A stretch of DNA of 64,000 nucleotides from Bradymonadia bacterium (GCA_046290225.1 JBKAGE010000052.1:11512-75511), one strand, 5' to 3'. Counted from the first letter of the stretch, positions 45,712 to 56,402 are shown. Program-made: numbers and translations. The notes: generated from the sequence alone by a model not told the origin.

Positions 45712-46623
45712 ATGGACGACATCGAGCATCTACTGGCCTTCAGAGACGTGGTGGAGTGTGGTGGTTTTGCCCGGGCGGCTCGGCGCCGTGGCACCGCACA
45801 CTCCACCATCAGCAGGCAGGTCCGCGAGCTGGAAGCCCGCCTCGGGGTGCCGCTCATGACCCGCACCACGCGGAGCAGGCATCTGACCGCAGCGGGAGAG
45901 CTGGTCTTTCGTCACAGCAAGGCCATCGGTGATCAGCTCTCGGAGATGCTCAACGCCCTGGAGCAGACAGAGCAGAACATCGAAGGGGTGCTGCGGGTGA
46001 GCGCCCTGGTGCACGTGGGCGCCGCACTGGTGATGCCTGCGGTGGAACGCTTCACCGCGGCCCACGAGCGGGTGGAGGTGCAGCTCGAGTTCCACGATGG
46101 CCCCTTGGAGTTTCACAAACGGGGCCTCGATCTGGCGCTCACGGTGGGGCTGCCTCAGTCATCTCAGCTGGTCGTGAAGAAGCTCTGCGACAATCCGGTG
46201 GTGCTGGTGGCTGCGCCCTCCCTCGTGAGACGTGCCGAGGCTGCTCTGGGGGCCCTGCAACATCCGTCGGGGCTGCACGACTGGCCCCTGGTGGCGTACC
46301 GAAACGGCGAAGTGCAGGTGGTGGAATGGCCCTATGTCGACGGTGATGAGATTCGTACGCTCACGGTGAAGCCTGGGGTGACCGTGAGCGATGGGGTGTC
46401 GCTGCTCGACGCGGTCCGCCGAGGGGTAGGGGTTGGATACCTCTCCCGCTTCTCGGTCATCGATGCGCTGTCCAGCGGCGCCCTGGTGCAGCTGCTGCCC
46501 GAGGTGGCGTTGCCGGACTATGCCCCGGTCTATGTGGCCAGGGCAGATCTCGGGGTGGTCAGCCCCCGCGTGCGGGCATTCGAAGCATGCTTAGCCGAGG
46601 TGGCTGCCTCTCTCGAGGGCTGA
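45712..46623 (+). CDS. LysR family transcriptional regulator
   Basis: F..VVE.GGFARAA...STISRQVRELE.RLG..L..RTTR; divergent from the hydrolase. Confidence 0.95.
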   Translation: MDDIEHLLAFRDVVECGGFARAARRRGTAHSTISRQVRELEARLGVPLMTRTTRSRHLTAAGELVFRHSKAIGDQLSEMLNALEQTEQNIEGVLRVSALVHVGAALVMPAVERFTAAHERVEVQLEFHDGPLEFHKRGLDLALTVGLPQSSQLVVKKLCDNPVVLVAAPSLVRRAEAALGALQHPSGLHDWPLVAYRNGEVQVVEWPYVDGDEIRTLTVKPGVTVSDGVSLLDAVRRGVGVGYLSRFSVIDALSSGALVQLLPEVALPDYAPVYVARADLGVVSPRVRAFEACLAEVAASLEG

Positions 46624-46652
46624 GCACAGCGAGTGTGCCCTGTGGCCAGGTT

Positions 46653-49600
46653 TCAGACGTTCAAGATCACCCGTAAGTCCGCCCAGGCCTCGCACCACAC
46701 CCCTGGAGGCACTGCTGCGAGGTCCTGATCTGCAGGGGCCAGCTCGGCCCGGTGTACTGCGCAGCCTTCCAAGTGAGACTGACGCCCGTGCACCGAGCGG
46801 CCGTCGGTGGGGTGGAACCCGTCATGGCTGAAGGTGATGCGCCAGTGGTGACCGATGGGCCGCCAGGCCTCGTGGATCCAGCCTCCTGCTCGTGGGGTGC
46901 CGCGCAGGTAGCCCAGATCATCGAAGGCATTGAGCATCTCTCGTGTCTTGAGCGTGATGGTGGCCTGCACGGTGATGGCGGCGAGGGCCCCGCGGGCCCG
47001 GTCGAGGGTGGGGCGCTCCGGGAGCCCCCTCAAGCGGTTGAGCTGATCGAAGGCCGGCTTGATCTTGCTCGCCGCCAGGGCCCGCCGCCAGCGCGGCCGA
47101 TCAGAGGGGTTGAAGGCGATGGGGTGGGGCAGCCCGATCTCCGCCGCTGTGGTGAGGCGTTCAGGATCGACGCGCCGACCCGCGACGTCGGTGGGCAGCC
47201 CGTCGGACCAGCGAAAATAGAGCGTGTCGTCGAGGCCGTGGGTGCAGAAAATGAGCCCCTCGACCACATCGCGCAGGGGGCCACCGGCGCCAAAGAGCGC
47301 CCAGGCCCGGGTAGGGGTCCAGCGGTGATCTGTGCACATCGCCTCTCTCAGGCGATCCACCGTGTCGCTGGCCTGTCCAGCAGGGATGTGCCCACCCTCG
47401 ACGAGAGCGCGCTCACCGGGCTCTTCGAGGCTCAGGCTGGGGCTGGCCAGCTCGATCATCGCCTGTCGAGTGCGGACCCGGAGGCTACCTCGGCCGTGGC
47501 GGGCCCAGTGATCGAGCCAGAGCACCGCTGAGGGGGTGGGGTTCACTTGTAGAGCTTCGATGGCTCGAGCGGCGAAGTCGGCACTCTCTTCGTGGAGCAA
47601 GGTGTCGAGCTGGGCCCCAAGGGTTCCCTGGTGATCGTCGGTGCCCAGCATGCCGTGGAGCGCCAGGGTCCAGCGATGCTGGATGGAGGGTGGATAGGCC
47701 TGGAGTAATCCATGGCACATCGCTTGGAGAGCCGTCGGGTGCAGGTGAGGCGTCAGCGCCGTCAGCTCCCGGCTCAGAGACATGGGGTGCTCTTGTCGGG
47801 AGAGGGTGTGCAGCCACCAGCGCTGAGCATCCGGTGAGAGGGGGGTGTCGTCGATCCAGCACAACTGCGTGCCTTCTGGCGGCAGAGGCAGATCGACCGA
47901 CGCCGCTGGGGCGCGCTCGGCGAGGGCGACGTCGAGGTGCTCTGGGGCCACGTCTTCGGGCCAGCCGCGGAGGAGGCGGCAGGCCATGAGGGCCGAAGCC
48001 GTGGCCTCTCGCCGGCGGGGATGGGTCTCCCGGGCGAGGGCGGCGGCGAGGGGATCGATCGACTCGGCGTCGGGCACTGCCCGCAGCACCTCTGCGGCGA
48101 CCTCGCGGGCGTCGGCGGCTTCCGAGAGCAGCGCGCGCACCTGGGGGAGTCCCGCCTCGCCCCAGGCGATGAGGCCTCGACGGGCCACCTCTCGGATGCC
48201 CACCGCTTTGTCCTGGGCCCCTTCGAGCAGGGCCATGGCGCCCTGGGCTGGGTATCGATCGGCGAGCCAGGCCAGCAGGCGCTTCTTGTCTGCAGGTGGA
48301 TCACGGGTGAGCCACCATGTGAGGGCTTCGGCGAGGGCTTCTCCACCCACCCGAGGGGCCAGATCGTCCAACGTCTGCCCGACGGGCCAGCGGCGCCCGG
48401 GCAGGCGCACCGCGAGCTCGGCGGCGAGCCAGGGCGCCTCAGGGGCGTTCAGCTCACCGAGGCGGGCGCACAGCGCCGGCACCCCCACGGTGGGCGGCCA
48501 CTGGATCGAGACCCCCTTCACCGTGACTCCTTGCCCGGAGGCTTGCTCCACGACGCGATCGAGCACCCAGGGCAGCGCCTGAAGGGCGTCGGCGGGCGCC
48601 GTGCCCGCGAGCAGCGCTTCGATGTGCTCGGTGCGCTCGTCCGGGGGCATCCGAGACAGTCCCCCGAGCCATCGGGCCCAACGATCGAAGTCGAGGTGAG
48701 CGCGGGCAGATCTCAGGGCGAGCAAACCCACGGGCTGCCGGTGTGGATCTGCGACCTCCTCGAGCAGAGAGGCGACCTCGCCATGATCTTCGCGGCTGAG
48801 GCGGCGCTCGGCCATTCGGGCGACCTCTGGGCTCCAGGGCAGGGCGCCGAGGGTCCGGGCCGCGGCGAGGCGTGTCTTCACCCGGCGGCTGTGCAGCAAC
48901 GGGATCAGCGGGTCGAGGGCGTCGTCACCGAGGGCGATGAGGCCGCGACGGGCCACCTGCCTCACCCGATCAGAGGGGTCGAGCAATCGACCCGCGAGGG
49001 CCCGGCCGCCCTCTTTAGTCTCGGCCTCAGCGAGGGCCTTCACCAGCAGCTGGCGATGAGGTGACTGCACCGCTCGACCACCGCGGCCCAGAGCTTCAGT
49101 GAGCGTGTCCACGGCTTTGGGCGCCAGCCGGGCCCAGGTACGGGTCACCGCTTTGGCGAGGCTCGGAGCGCCGTTGAGTGCCTCTCGGGGCCAGGAGAGG
49201 GTCTCGTCCAGCGCCGCGGAGATCACCGCCCCCGTGGGGCAGGTCCAGGTGTAGGGCCACATGAGTCGGGGCTGGCCGGTGACGAGGGCGCCGAAGTGAG
49301 CGCCGAGGACGAGGGGCTGACGGCGCTCGACGGGCAGGCTGGTGAGCAGGCGCTCCAGGGCCTCGATCACTCTGCCCATGCCCTCGGAGAGTCGATCGAA
49401 CTGGGCGAGGGCTCGCTGCACGAGAGGATCGAACTTCGGATCGAGGGTCTCTGCGGAGAGGCGCCACAGACACAACACCGCCACCGCCGCGAGGCGGCCA
49501 CCCTGGCCACCGTTGAGCCGCTCCGGATCGACGAGCAGCGCCTCTGCCTGGGCGTACATCAGTGGGGCGGCGGCCTCTGGCGACGCCATGAGTGGCTCGT

Positions 49601-50267
49601 GAGCCCGGGTGATCTGGTCGTACCAGGCGGTCATGGCCAGGGCCACGGCGAGCTCTGGCTTGGGGTGCAGCAGATCTTTCTCTTTGAGCGCAGCCAGGGC
49701 GTGAAACAGTCGCCCCTCGGCGACTTCGGCCATCTTCTGAGCTTTACGGGCCACCTCGGGCTCTGGCCGATACCACACCGCCAGCACGGGGTGAGCGCCC
49801 ACCCGACGGACCACCCGGCCCTGCTCGTAGATGACCTCCTCCGGGGGGCCGCCTTGAGGGTAGGCCGTCCAGCGGCCATTGGGGGTCCACTGGTGGCCGC
49901 CGCCTTCAGAGACCAGCGTACAAGGGCCTTCCTCCATGACTCGCAAGCCGTCCGGGGCAAAGCGGCGGCGGTGTAGCGTACCGTCTGCTTGATGGATCTC
50001 CTCGCTCTCCCGGCGCCCGCTGGGTCGGTAGCGCACCCACGTGCCCGAGGGTCGGTTCGCCGTGAAGTGCCCTTCGACAGTGAGTCGACCCTCGGCGTCC
50101 CAGGCCTTACACGGGCCGTCCTTCACTGGAGGGCTCTCTGGCAGGATCACGCACCCGAGGGCCGGGTGACGTTGCCCCGAGTCGTGCCACCGCCACGCGA
50201 TCTCCCGGCCGCCTGTGCAGGCCGCCTGAAGTTCATGGATTGCATTTCTTTGGTATTTTGTGCTCAT
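46653..50267 (-). CDS. HEAT-repeat protein with MORN-like N-terminus and DUF4132-like C-terminus
   Basis: DG....W...G....EG.F....P.G.W..Y; VREVAR..L repeats; RL.EAM...RW, IGLPHP, PAFDQLNR. Confidence 0.65.
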   Translation of the reverse strand: MSTKYQRNAIHELQAACTGGREIAWRWHDSGQRHPALGCVILPESPPVKDGPCKAWDAEGRLTVEGHFTANRPSGTWVRYRPSGRRESEEIHQADGTLHRRRFAPDGLRVMEEGPCTLVSEGGGHQWTPNGRWTAYPQGGPPEEVIYEQGRVVRRVGAHPVLAVWYRPEPEVARKAQKMAEVAEGRLFHALAALKEKDLLHPKPELAVALAMTAWYDQITRAHEPLMASPEAAAPLMYAQAEALLVDPERLNGGQGGRLAAVAVLCLWRLSAETLDPKFDPLVQRALAQFDRLSEGMGRVIEALERLLTSLPVERRQPLVLGAHFGALVTGQPRLMWPYTWTCPTGAVISAALDETLSWPREALNGAPSLAKAVTRTWARLAPKAVDTLTEALGRGGRAVQSPHRQLLVKALAEAETKEGGRALAGRLLDPSDRVRQVARRGLIALGDDALDPLIPLLHSRRVKTRLAAARTLGALPWSPEVARMAERRLSREDHGEVASLLEEVADPHRQPVGLLALRSARAHLDFDRWARWLGGLSRMPPDERTEHIEALLAGTAPADALQALPWVLDRVVEQASGQGVTVKGVSIQWPPTVGVPALCARLGELNAPEAPWLAAELAVRLPGRRWPVGQTLDDLAPRVGGEALAEALTWWLTRDPPADKKRLLAWLADRYPAQGAMALLEGAQDKAVGIREVARRGLIAWGEAGLPQVRALLSEAADAREVAAEVLRAVPDAESIDPLAAALARETHPRRREATASALMACRLLRGWPEDVAPEHLDVALAERAPAASVDLPLPPEGTQLCWIDDTPLSPDAQRWWLHTLSRQEHPMSLSRELTALTPHLHPTALQAMCHGLLQAYPPSIQHRWTLALHGMLGTDDHQGTLGAQLDTLLHEESADFAARAIEALQVNPTPSAVLWLDHWARHGRGSLRVRTRQAMIELASPSLSLEEPGERALVEGGHIPAGQASDTVDRLREAMCTDHRWTPTRAWALFGAGGPLRDVVEGLIFCTHGLDDTLYFRWSDGLPTDVAGRRVDPERLTTAAEIGLPHPIAFNPSDRPRWRRALAASKIKPAFDQLNRLRGLPERPTLDRARGALAAITVQATITLKTREMLNAFDDLGYLRGTPRAGGWIHEAWRPIGHHWRITFSHDGFHPTDGRSVHGRQSHLEGCAVHRAELAPADQDLAAVPPGVWCEAWADLRVILNV

Positions 50268-50337
50268 CTCCCGCGCTCGCTGACGCCGGCGAGGCTCATT
50301 GGAGAGAGCCGCGGCGTAGCTTGGGAGGAGGCATCAG

Positions 50338-52824
50338 ATGTTCACCAGAGTAAAGCGTTCATTGAGCGTGCTGTGTGTTGGCGCCCTGATCACAGGCTGC
50401 GCCAGCTCTGACGACGAAGGCATCGCGCCGTCACCCGACGCCCGCGTACCGGTGCAGGATCGGGGGCTGCCGCCGCCTCCTCTGGCCGACGCCATGCCGG
50501 TGATGCCCGACGCCGAGGCCCTCGACACCGAGATGCCCGACGCCGCGCTCCCCGACATGGAGATCCCCACGGGCTGCGCCGACGGGGAGACACGGCCGTG
50601 CTACGAGGGCCCTGAGGGCACTGAAGGCGTGGGCGCTTGCGCTGCGGGCGTAGAGACGTGCGCGGACGGCGAGTGGGGTCGATGTGAAGGTCAGGTGCGA
50701 CCTGCGCAGGTAGATGCCTGTGACGGCACCGATGAAGATTGCAACGGCCTGGTAGACGACAGCCCCGGTGTGGGCGCGGCGTGCAGCCTCGGCCAGGGCG
50801 CTTGCGCTGCCGAGGGCGCGCGCGCCTGTGATCCCGAGACTGGCGGTCTGCGCTGCGACGCCGGCGAGCCCGGCGAGCCCGCCGCGGAGACCTGCAACGA
50901 CATCGATGACGACTGCGACGGCACCGCCGACGAAGGCTTCGGCCTCGGCGCCCCCTGCATGCGCGGGGTGGGGGCCTGCGCCCGCGAAGGCGAGGTCGTG
51001 TGCGGGCCCGACGGTCTGCCAGTCTGTGGTGTAGATGTCGGGAACGAGGCCGAGGAGCTGTGCAACGGCCTGGACGATGACTGTGACGGCACCATCGACG
51101 AAGAGCCCGACGACGTGGGCGAGGCCTGCGACGTGCCCGGCGCTCAGGGGCTCTGCGTCACTGGCGAGACCACCTGCAGCGAGGGCAACCTGATCTGTGA
51201 AGGCGCTGCTGCCATCGCGGAGGACTGCAATGGCCTCGACGATGACTGTGATGGTCGCGTCGATGAAGGCGTTGGCGGTGGCGCCCTGACTGGTGATTGC
51301 TACGACGGCCCAGAAGGCACCCTCTGGGTCGGCGCGTGTCAGGGTGGCACCCGCACCTGCAATGGCGGCGTGTGGGGCCAGTGCAATGGCCAGCAGCTGC
51401 CCGCAGACGAGGTGTGTAACCGCATCGACGACGACTGTGATGGCGTGGTCGACGTGTTGCCCAACGACGAAGCCTGCGCCTGCCAGCCTGGCGAGGAGCG
51501 GGCCTGCTACTCCGGCCCCCAGGGCACTGCCGGCTGGGGCCAGTGTCGTCTCGGGGTGCAGCAGTGTCAGGGCGATGGCCGTGGCTTCGGCCCCTGCGAG
51601 GGCGAGGTCACCCCCGACGAGGAGACCTGCGGCAACGGCGACGAGGACTGCGACGGCAACATCGACGAGGTCGCGGGTGTCGGCGAGCCCTGTGAAGACG
51701 GTGTGGGCGCCTGTCGGCAGGAGGGCACGCAGATCTGTGGCCCCGGTGGCGCGCTCGTGTGCAGCGCCGAGGCCAACTCCGCCATGGGGGAGACCTGCAA
51801 CAACATCGACGACGACTGTGATGGCCTCACCGACGAAGACACCCTCGACGCCGGTGCGGCCTGCACCGTCGGTGAGGGCGTGTGTGCTGCAGAGGGCGCC
51901 TTCATTTGCGTCGAGGGTGGTTTGCTGTGCACAGCTGTACCCGGTGAGCCCGGCGAGGAGACCTGCCAGGACGGCCTCGATGGTGACTGTGATGGTCAGG
52001 TGGACGAGGGTTGCCCCGATGAGCCCGGCCCCGATCCGGAGCCCGGCCCGGTCTGCGAAGATCCCACGATCCTCCCCGGCACTGTGGGCCTGCACGTCGC
52101 TGCAGGGACCAACACCGAGGCCACCGATGATCATCGGGGCAGCTGCAGCCGACAGGTGGGCGGCCGAGATCAGATCTTCGAGTTCAGCCTCGATCGTCTC
52201 CGGACGGTGCGCCTGCAGACCCGCCCGCAGGTTCAGGATCAGTACGACACGGTGATGTACCTGCGCTCGGACTGCGCCGACACCGAGACCGAGATCGCCT
52301 GCAACGACGACGGTGGCGAGGGGCTGCTCTCCCTCGTGCAGGAGACCCTGGAGCCCGGTAGCTACACCGTGGTGGTGGACGGCTACCGCGAGACCTCCAC
52401 CGGGGCCTTCACTCTGCAACTCGAGGTCGACCCCCATGACACCTGCGACGGCGCCATCGAGCTGGGGCCCCTCGGCGCCAACCCCATAGAGGTCGCCGGT
52501 GACACCGTGGGCGCCAGCAACGAGGGTGGGGGCTCGTGTGGCCTCGGCTCCACTTCCCCCGATCACGTCTACACCTTCACGGTGGCCAACGCCGGTCAGG
52601 TGGTGATCGAGGCCCTCGCCACGGCGGGCCAGTACGACACGGTGATGCACCTGCGAAGCGACTGTGGCGACGCCGCCACCCAGGTCATCTGCAACGACGA
52701 TGGCGGCGCGGGCACCTTGTCGCGCATCGACACCAACCTCGAGGCAGGTCGCTACTACCTGTTCATCGACGGCTACAGCAACAACCGCAGCGGCGCCTAC
52801 CGGTTGTCCTTCAGCGCCCCGTGA
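50338..52824 (+). CDS. Lipoprotein with eight MopE-like CNGxDDDCDG repeats and two PPC-like domains
   Basis: Lipobox ITGC; repeated C-N/D-x-x-D-D/E-D-C-D-G; two YDTVM.LR.DC....CNDD...L.PG.Y...DGY units. Confidence 0.85.
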   Translation: MFTRVKRSLSVLCVGALITGCASSDDEGIAPSPDARVPVQDRGLPPPPLADAMPVMPDAEALDTEMPDAALPDMEIPTGCADGETRPCYEGPEGTEGVGACAAGVETCADGEWGRCEGQVRPAQVDACDGTDEDCNGLVDDSPGVGAACSLGQGACAAEGARACDPETGGLRCDAGEPGEPAAETCNDIDDDCDGTADEGFGLGAPCMRGVGACAREGEVVCGPDGLPVCGVDVGNEAEELCNGLDDDCDGTIDEEPDDVGEACDVPGAQGLCVTGETTCSEGNLICEGAAAIAEDCNGLDDDCDGRVDEGVGGGALTGDCYDGPEGTLWVGACQGGTRTCNGGVWGQCNGQQLPADEVCNRIDDDCDGVVDVLPNDEACACQPGEERACYSGPQGTAGWGQCRLGVQQCQGDGRGFGPCEGEVTPDEETCGNGDEDCDGNIDEVAGVGEPCEDGVGACRQEGTQICGPGGALVCSAEANSAMGETCNNIDDDCDGLTDEDTLDAGAACTVGEGVCAAEGAFICVEGGLLCTAVPGEPGEETCQDGLDGDCDGQVDEGCPDEPGPDPEPGPVCEDPTILPGTVGLHVAAGTNTEATDDHRGSCSRQVGGRDQIFEFSLDRLRTVRLQTRPQVQDQYDTVMYLRSDCADTETEIACNDDGGEGLLSLVQETLEPGSYTVVVDGYRETSTGAFTLQLEVDPHDTCDGAIELGPLGANPIEVAGDTVGASNEGGGSCGLGSTSPDHVYTFTVANAGQVVIEALATAGQYDTVMHLRSDCGDAATQVICNDDGGAGTLSRIDTNLEAGRYYLFIDGYSNNRSGAYRLSFSAP

Positions 52825-52858
52825 GCGACCTCCCCCTGCGCAGCATCGTCATATCTGC

Positions 52859-54067
52859 ATGACCGACGTCCTCATCGCCGGCGCTGGCCCTGCGGCGCTG
52901 ATCCTGGGTCACGCCTGCGCCGCCCGCGGCCTCTCAGTGTTGTGCGTGGATCCCCGCCCTGATCGCCCCTGGCCCAATAACTATGGCCTCTGGCTCGACG
53001 AGCTGCAGCCCCTGGGCCTCGACCGTTTCGCCGAGATCGTCTGGCCGCAGGCCCGCTTCACGATGGACGCCGAGCGGGTGCACCTCATCGATCGACCCTA
53101 CGCCCGGCTGAACAAAGACGCGCTGCGGGATCACGTGTCTGGTGGGGTGCAAATCGAAGCGGGAGAGGTCACCTCGCTCATGGTGGAGTCGGGCCGCGCG
53201 GTGATGCGCCTGGCCGACGGTCGCACCTTCGAAGGGGGCCTGGGCGTCGACGCCGCGGGCCACCGCGGGCACTTCACCGCCCGAGTGGATGAGCGCGAGC
53301 CCGGGTTTCAGGCGGCCTACGGCGTAGTCGCCGATCTCGCAGCTCCCCTCGAGACCCGTGTGGCTGATCTCATGGACTTCTCTCCGATCCCCGGGGCCCT
53401 CGACGACGCGCCGCTCACCTTCCTCTATACGTTGCCTCTGTCGTCCACGCGGGTCTTCTTCGAAGAGACCGTGCTCGTGGGTCGGCCGCCCACCGACTTC
53501 GCTGTGCTCAAGTCTCTGCTGAAGCTGCGTCTCGCCGCACGGGGCATCACCTTGGGCCAGGTGCACGAGGTGGAGCATTGCTTGATCCCCATGGGCGTCT
53601 CACCGCCCCACCATGGCGCGATCCTGGCCTTCGGTGGTGCCGCCTCCATGGTGCATCCAGCCACGGGCTACATGATCCATCACGTGCTCCGCTCGGCCCC
53701 CGACGTCGCCGACGCAATCGCCGCCTCCTTCGCCGCCGGCGCCGACGCTGCGACGGTGGCTGCTGCTGGTTGGTCGGCCCTCTGGCCCCGCCAGAAACGT
53801 CGCCTCTGGCAGATGTTCGGCTTTGGCATGGAGGTCTTACTGAGCCTGGAGCCCGAAGGGGTGCGGTCGTTTTTCGATGGCTTCTTCAAGGTGCCCCCCG
53901 CACGATGGCAGGCCTATATGGCGGGCACCGGCACCATGGGTCAGCTCTCGGGCACCATGCTGCAGGTGTTCAACAAGGTCCCGGTGGGTCTCAAGGGTCG
54001 CTTGATGAGCCAGAGCCTCACCGGTCACGGCGCCCGCATGTGGGGCGCGCTGATGGGTCTGGGGTGA
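52859..54067 (+). CDS. Lycopene cyclase (CrtY/CrtL-type)
   Basis: DVLIAGAGPA, WPNNYGLWLDE, Q.AYG, FLY.LP, FFEET, IPMG, FGGAASMVHPATGY. Confidence 0.88.
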   Translation: MTDVLIAGAGPAALILGHACAARGLSVLCVDPRPDRPWPNNYGLWLDELQPLGLDRFAEIVWPQARFTMDAERVHLIDRPYARLNKDALRDHVSGGVQIEAGEVTSLMVESGRAVMRLADGRTFEGGLGVDAAGHRGHFTARVDEREPGFQAAYGVVADLAAPLETRVADLMDFSPIPGALDDAPLTFLYTLPLSSTRVFFEETVLVGRPPTDFAVLKSLLKLRLAARGITLGQVHEVEHCLIPMGVSPPHHGAILAFGGAASMVHPATGYMIHHVLRSAPDVADAIAASFAAGADAATVAAAGWSALWPRQKRRLWQMFGFGMEVLLSLEPEGVRSFFDGFFKVPPARWQAYMAGTGTMGQLSGTMLQVFNKVPVGLKGRLMSQSLTGHGARMWGALMGLG

Positions 54068-54071
54068 GCTG

Positions 54072-54926
54072 GTGTTGATCTGGTCGATGATCGCGGCGCT
54101 GTGTGCGCCTTCTTTCGAGGTACAGGGCCACCGCGGGGCCCGGGCGGTGTTGCCCGAGAACACGATCCCCGCCTTTGACTATGCGCTGAAGGTCGGGGTG
54201 GACGTGCTCGAGCTCGACCTCGCCGTCACCGCCGACGATCACCTCGTGGTGATCCACGATCCGGTGATTTCTCCTGAGCGCTGTCTCGATGTCGGTGGCA
54301 AGCCCCTGAGCGCAGGCATTCCGGTGCGCAGTGTTACGCTGGCCCGTGTGAAACAGCTCGACTGCGGCACGCTGCCCCACACACGCTTCCCGAAGCAGCA
54401 GGCGCAGCCCGGTACCCGCATCCCCACCCTCGATGAGGTCTTCGCCCACGTGAAGGCTTCGAAGCACCCAGCGGCGAAGGCGGTGCGGTTCAACATCGAG
54501 ACCAAGGGCGTGCCCGGCCTGCCCGAGCTGACGCCCACCGCTGAGAAGTTCGCCGAGCTGCTGGTGCAAGCCATCGACCGCGCTGGGGTGCGAGAGCGCG
54601 TGATCGTGCAGTCCTTCGATCAGCGCACCCTGCTGGCCATGGCTGATCGGGCACCTGAGATCACACGGGCGCTGCTCACGGCAGAGAACCTCATCGACCA
54701 TGTGGCGGCAGCGAAGGCGGCGAAGGCGCAGATCATCTCACCTCACCATCTCTGGATTACGGCAGATGATGTGAAGCGTATGCACGCCGCGGGGCTGAAG
54801 GTGGTGCCGTGGACGGCGAACACGCCTTCGGCATGGGCACGGCTGAAGCGTTTGGGGGTGGATGGGATCATCAGCGATGATCCAGAAGCGCTGATGAAAT
54901 GGCGAACCAGAGAAGGCTCTGATTGA
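54072..54926 (+). CDS. Glycerophosphodiester phosphodiesterase
   Basis: GHRGA...PENT, ELD...T.D...V.HD, NIETK, QSFD, WT.N, GVDGIISD.P. Confidence 0.93.
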   Translation: MLIWSMIAALCAPSFEVQGHRGARAVLPENTIPAFDYALKVGVDVLELDLAVTADDHLVVIHDPVISPERCLDVGGKPLSAGIPVRSVTLARVKQLDCGTLPHTRFPKQQAQPGTRIPTLDEVFAHVKASKHPAAKAVRFNIETKGVPGLPELTPTAEKFAELLVQAIDRAGVRERVIVQSFDQRTLLAMADRAPEITRALLTAENLIDHVAAAKAAKAQIISPHHLWITADDVKRMHAAGLKVVPWTANTPSAWARLKRLGVDGIISDDPEALMKWRTREGSD

Positions 54927-54929
54927 TGG

Positions 54930-56096
54930 TCAGTATCCCACAATGAGCGTACGGGGCTTCGTGGGATCGGGCAGCAACCGGTAGCGAGCATAGACCTCTT
55001 CTGGAATCGCATCACTTACGAAGAAGCGCGCACCTTCCAAGTCTGCGCCATCGAATCGAGCTCCAGCAAGACGAGCACCCCCAAAATGAGCCCATCGTAA
55101 GTCTGCTTGAGTAAAGTCAGCATCGCGGAGATTGGCTTTGCGCAAGTCTGCGCCTTCAAGGTGGGTGCCTCGAAACGAGGCATTCACTGCTTTTGCTTCG
55201 TATAAAGATGTGTGTGTCATGTGCGCTGCATCGAACCGGGTATGTACTGCTGACAGGGCATGGAAGTAGGCGCCTTCCAAGAAGGCCCCATTCAGGTTTG
55301 CATGATCCAGGATGGTGCTGAAGTGAATGCCTTTTTCTGGGCGGCATGTGTTGGTGCTCGCCGAGAAATGTGCTCCTGAGAGGTTTGTCCCCGTAAAATC
55401 AGTGGAGTCGATGACCGCATATGAGAGCTCTACACCTGACAAGTCACTGTCACGGACACGAGCACCACTCAAGTTTGCATTGCTCAAGTTTGCTCCTCTC
55501 ATATCTGCCATATGTATCTCTAAGCAATACAAGTCGGCGGCTTCAAGATTGGCTGACGCCATCATGGCATGGTGAGCTGTCAGTGAGTTCAGGCGTGTGT
55601 CGTCGAGTTGTGCTGCGAGGTGTGGGCTAAAGAGTGGTCGCCATGAAGACTTGAGGTAGGACATGCATTCGAGCATTCAAGAGACTGTGCCATAGAACAG
55701 ATGTGTGTCCGTGTATATGTATTGTGGACGCATCGAATTGTATTGAACCGGCTCACCTCGGCGCTTTTTTCGTCGAATGATGTCAGCAAACTTCAGTGTG
55801 CGTTTCTCCGGGCGGCGGGCACGGTAGATCAACTTCTCAAGATGCTGCTGTATGATGATGGGTCGATGATATGCATGTGGTGGTTTCACACCACACGGAT
55901 CGATTGAAGCCTCGCGTAGACGTGCTTGCTCCTCTTCGTAGGCTTGGGCCTGCTTCCGACTCATGTGTACCATTGCCTGAGACCCGCTGGGTGTCGTGAT
56001 GCACATCACCACACCTTTGTCTGTGCTCTTCGGGGCGCCATGGGCAGACAAAATCTCAAATGCCATTAAGGGCACTATCCACCATTGTCTTCGCAT
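54930..56096 (-). pseudogene. Pentapeptide repeat gene split by an in-frame TGA (track ORFs 55677..56096 and 54930..55676)
   Basis: Same frame, TGA at 55679-55677 immediately followed by ATG; joined product resembles the layout of 39011..40081. Could be two real coupled genes. Confidence 0.55.
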
Positions 56097-56212
56097 TCTT
56101 TCCCCCTGAAGCTCAGCGTTATTGAAGTGTAGAGAGTAGGCTTCTCTTCGTCGATGACCTCATTCAAACACCCCTTTTTAGAAAGTTGATCGAGAGGCGA
56201 ATTGGGTAGCAA

Positions 56213-56402
56213 CGGATGCTGCGGCTGGGCCCTTGTAGGCAGTCATCGCTGCGCTCTGCCTGCGTAGGCGCCGGGCCTTCGGCACATCTTCGATGCGCCT
56301 CGTCTGGCGCGTACACGTTCAGGCACCTGCTGACGCAGGCAACTTCCCGGGTAGGCAGGGTCGCTCAAGGCTTCGCCTTGTTTGCTCGCTCCCCTGCGTA
56401 AA
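56213..56402 (+). repeat. ~190-bp structured repeat, copy A
   Basis: Matches reverse complement of 56540..56726 at both ends; internal hairpins. Confidence 0.9.

Noticed and set aside
55677..55679. Selenocysteine or programmed readthrough at the in-frame TGA
   Set aside because: No evident SECIS-like hairpin; position aligns better with Trp than Cys
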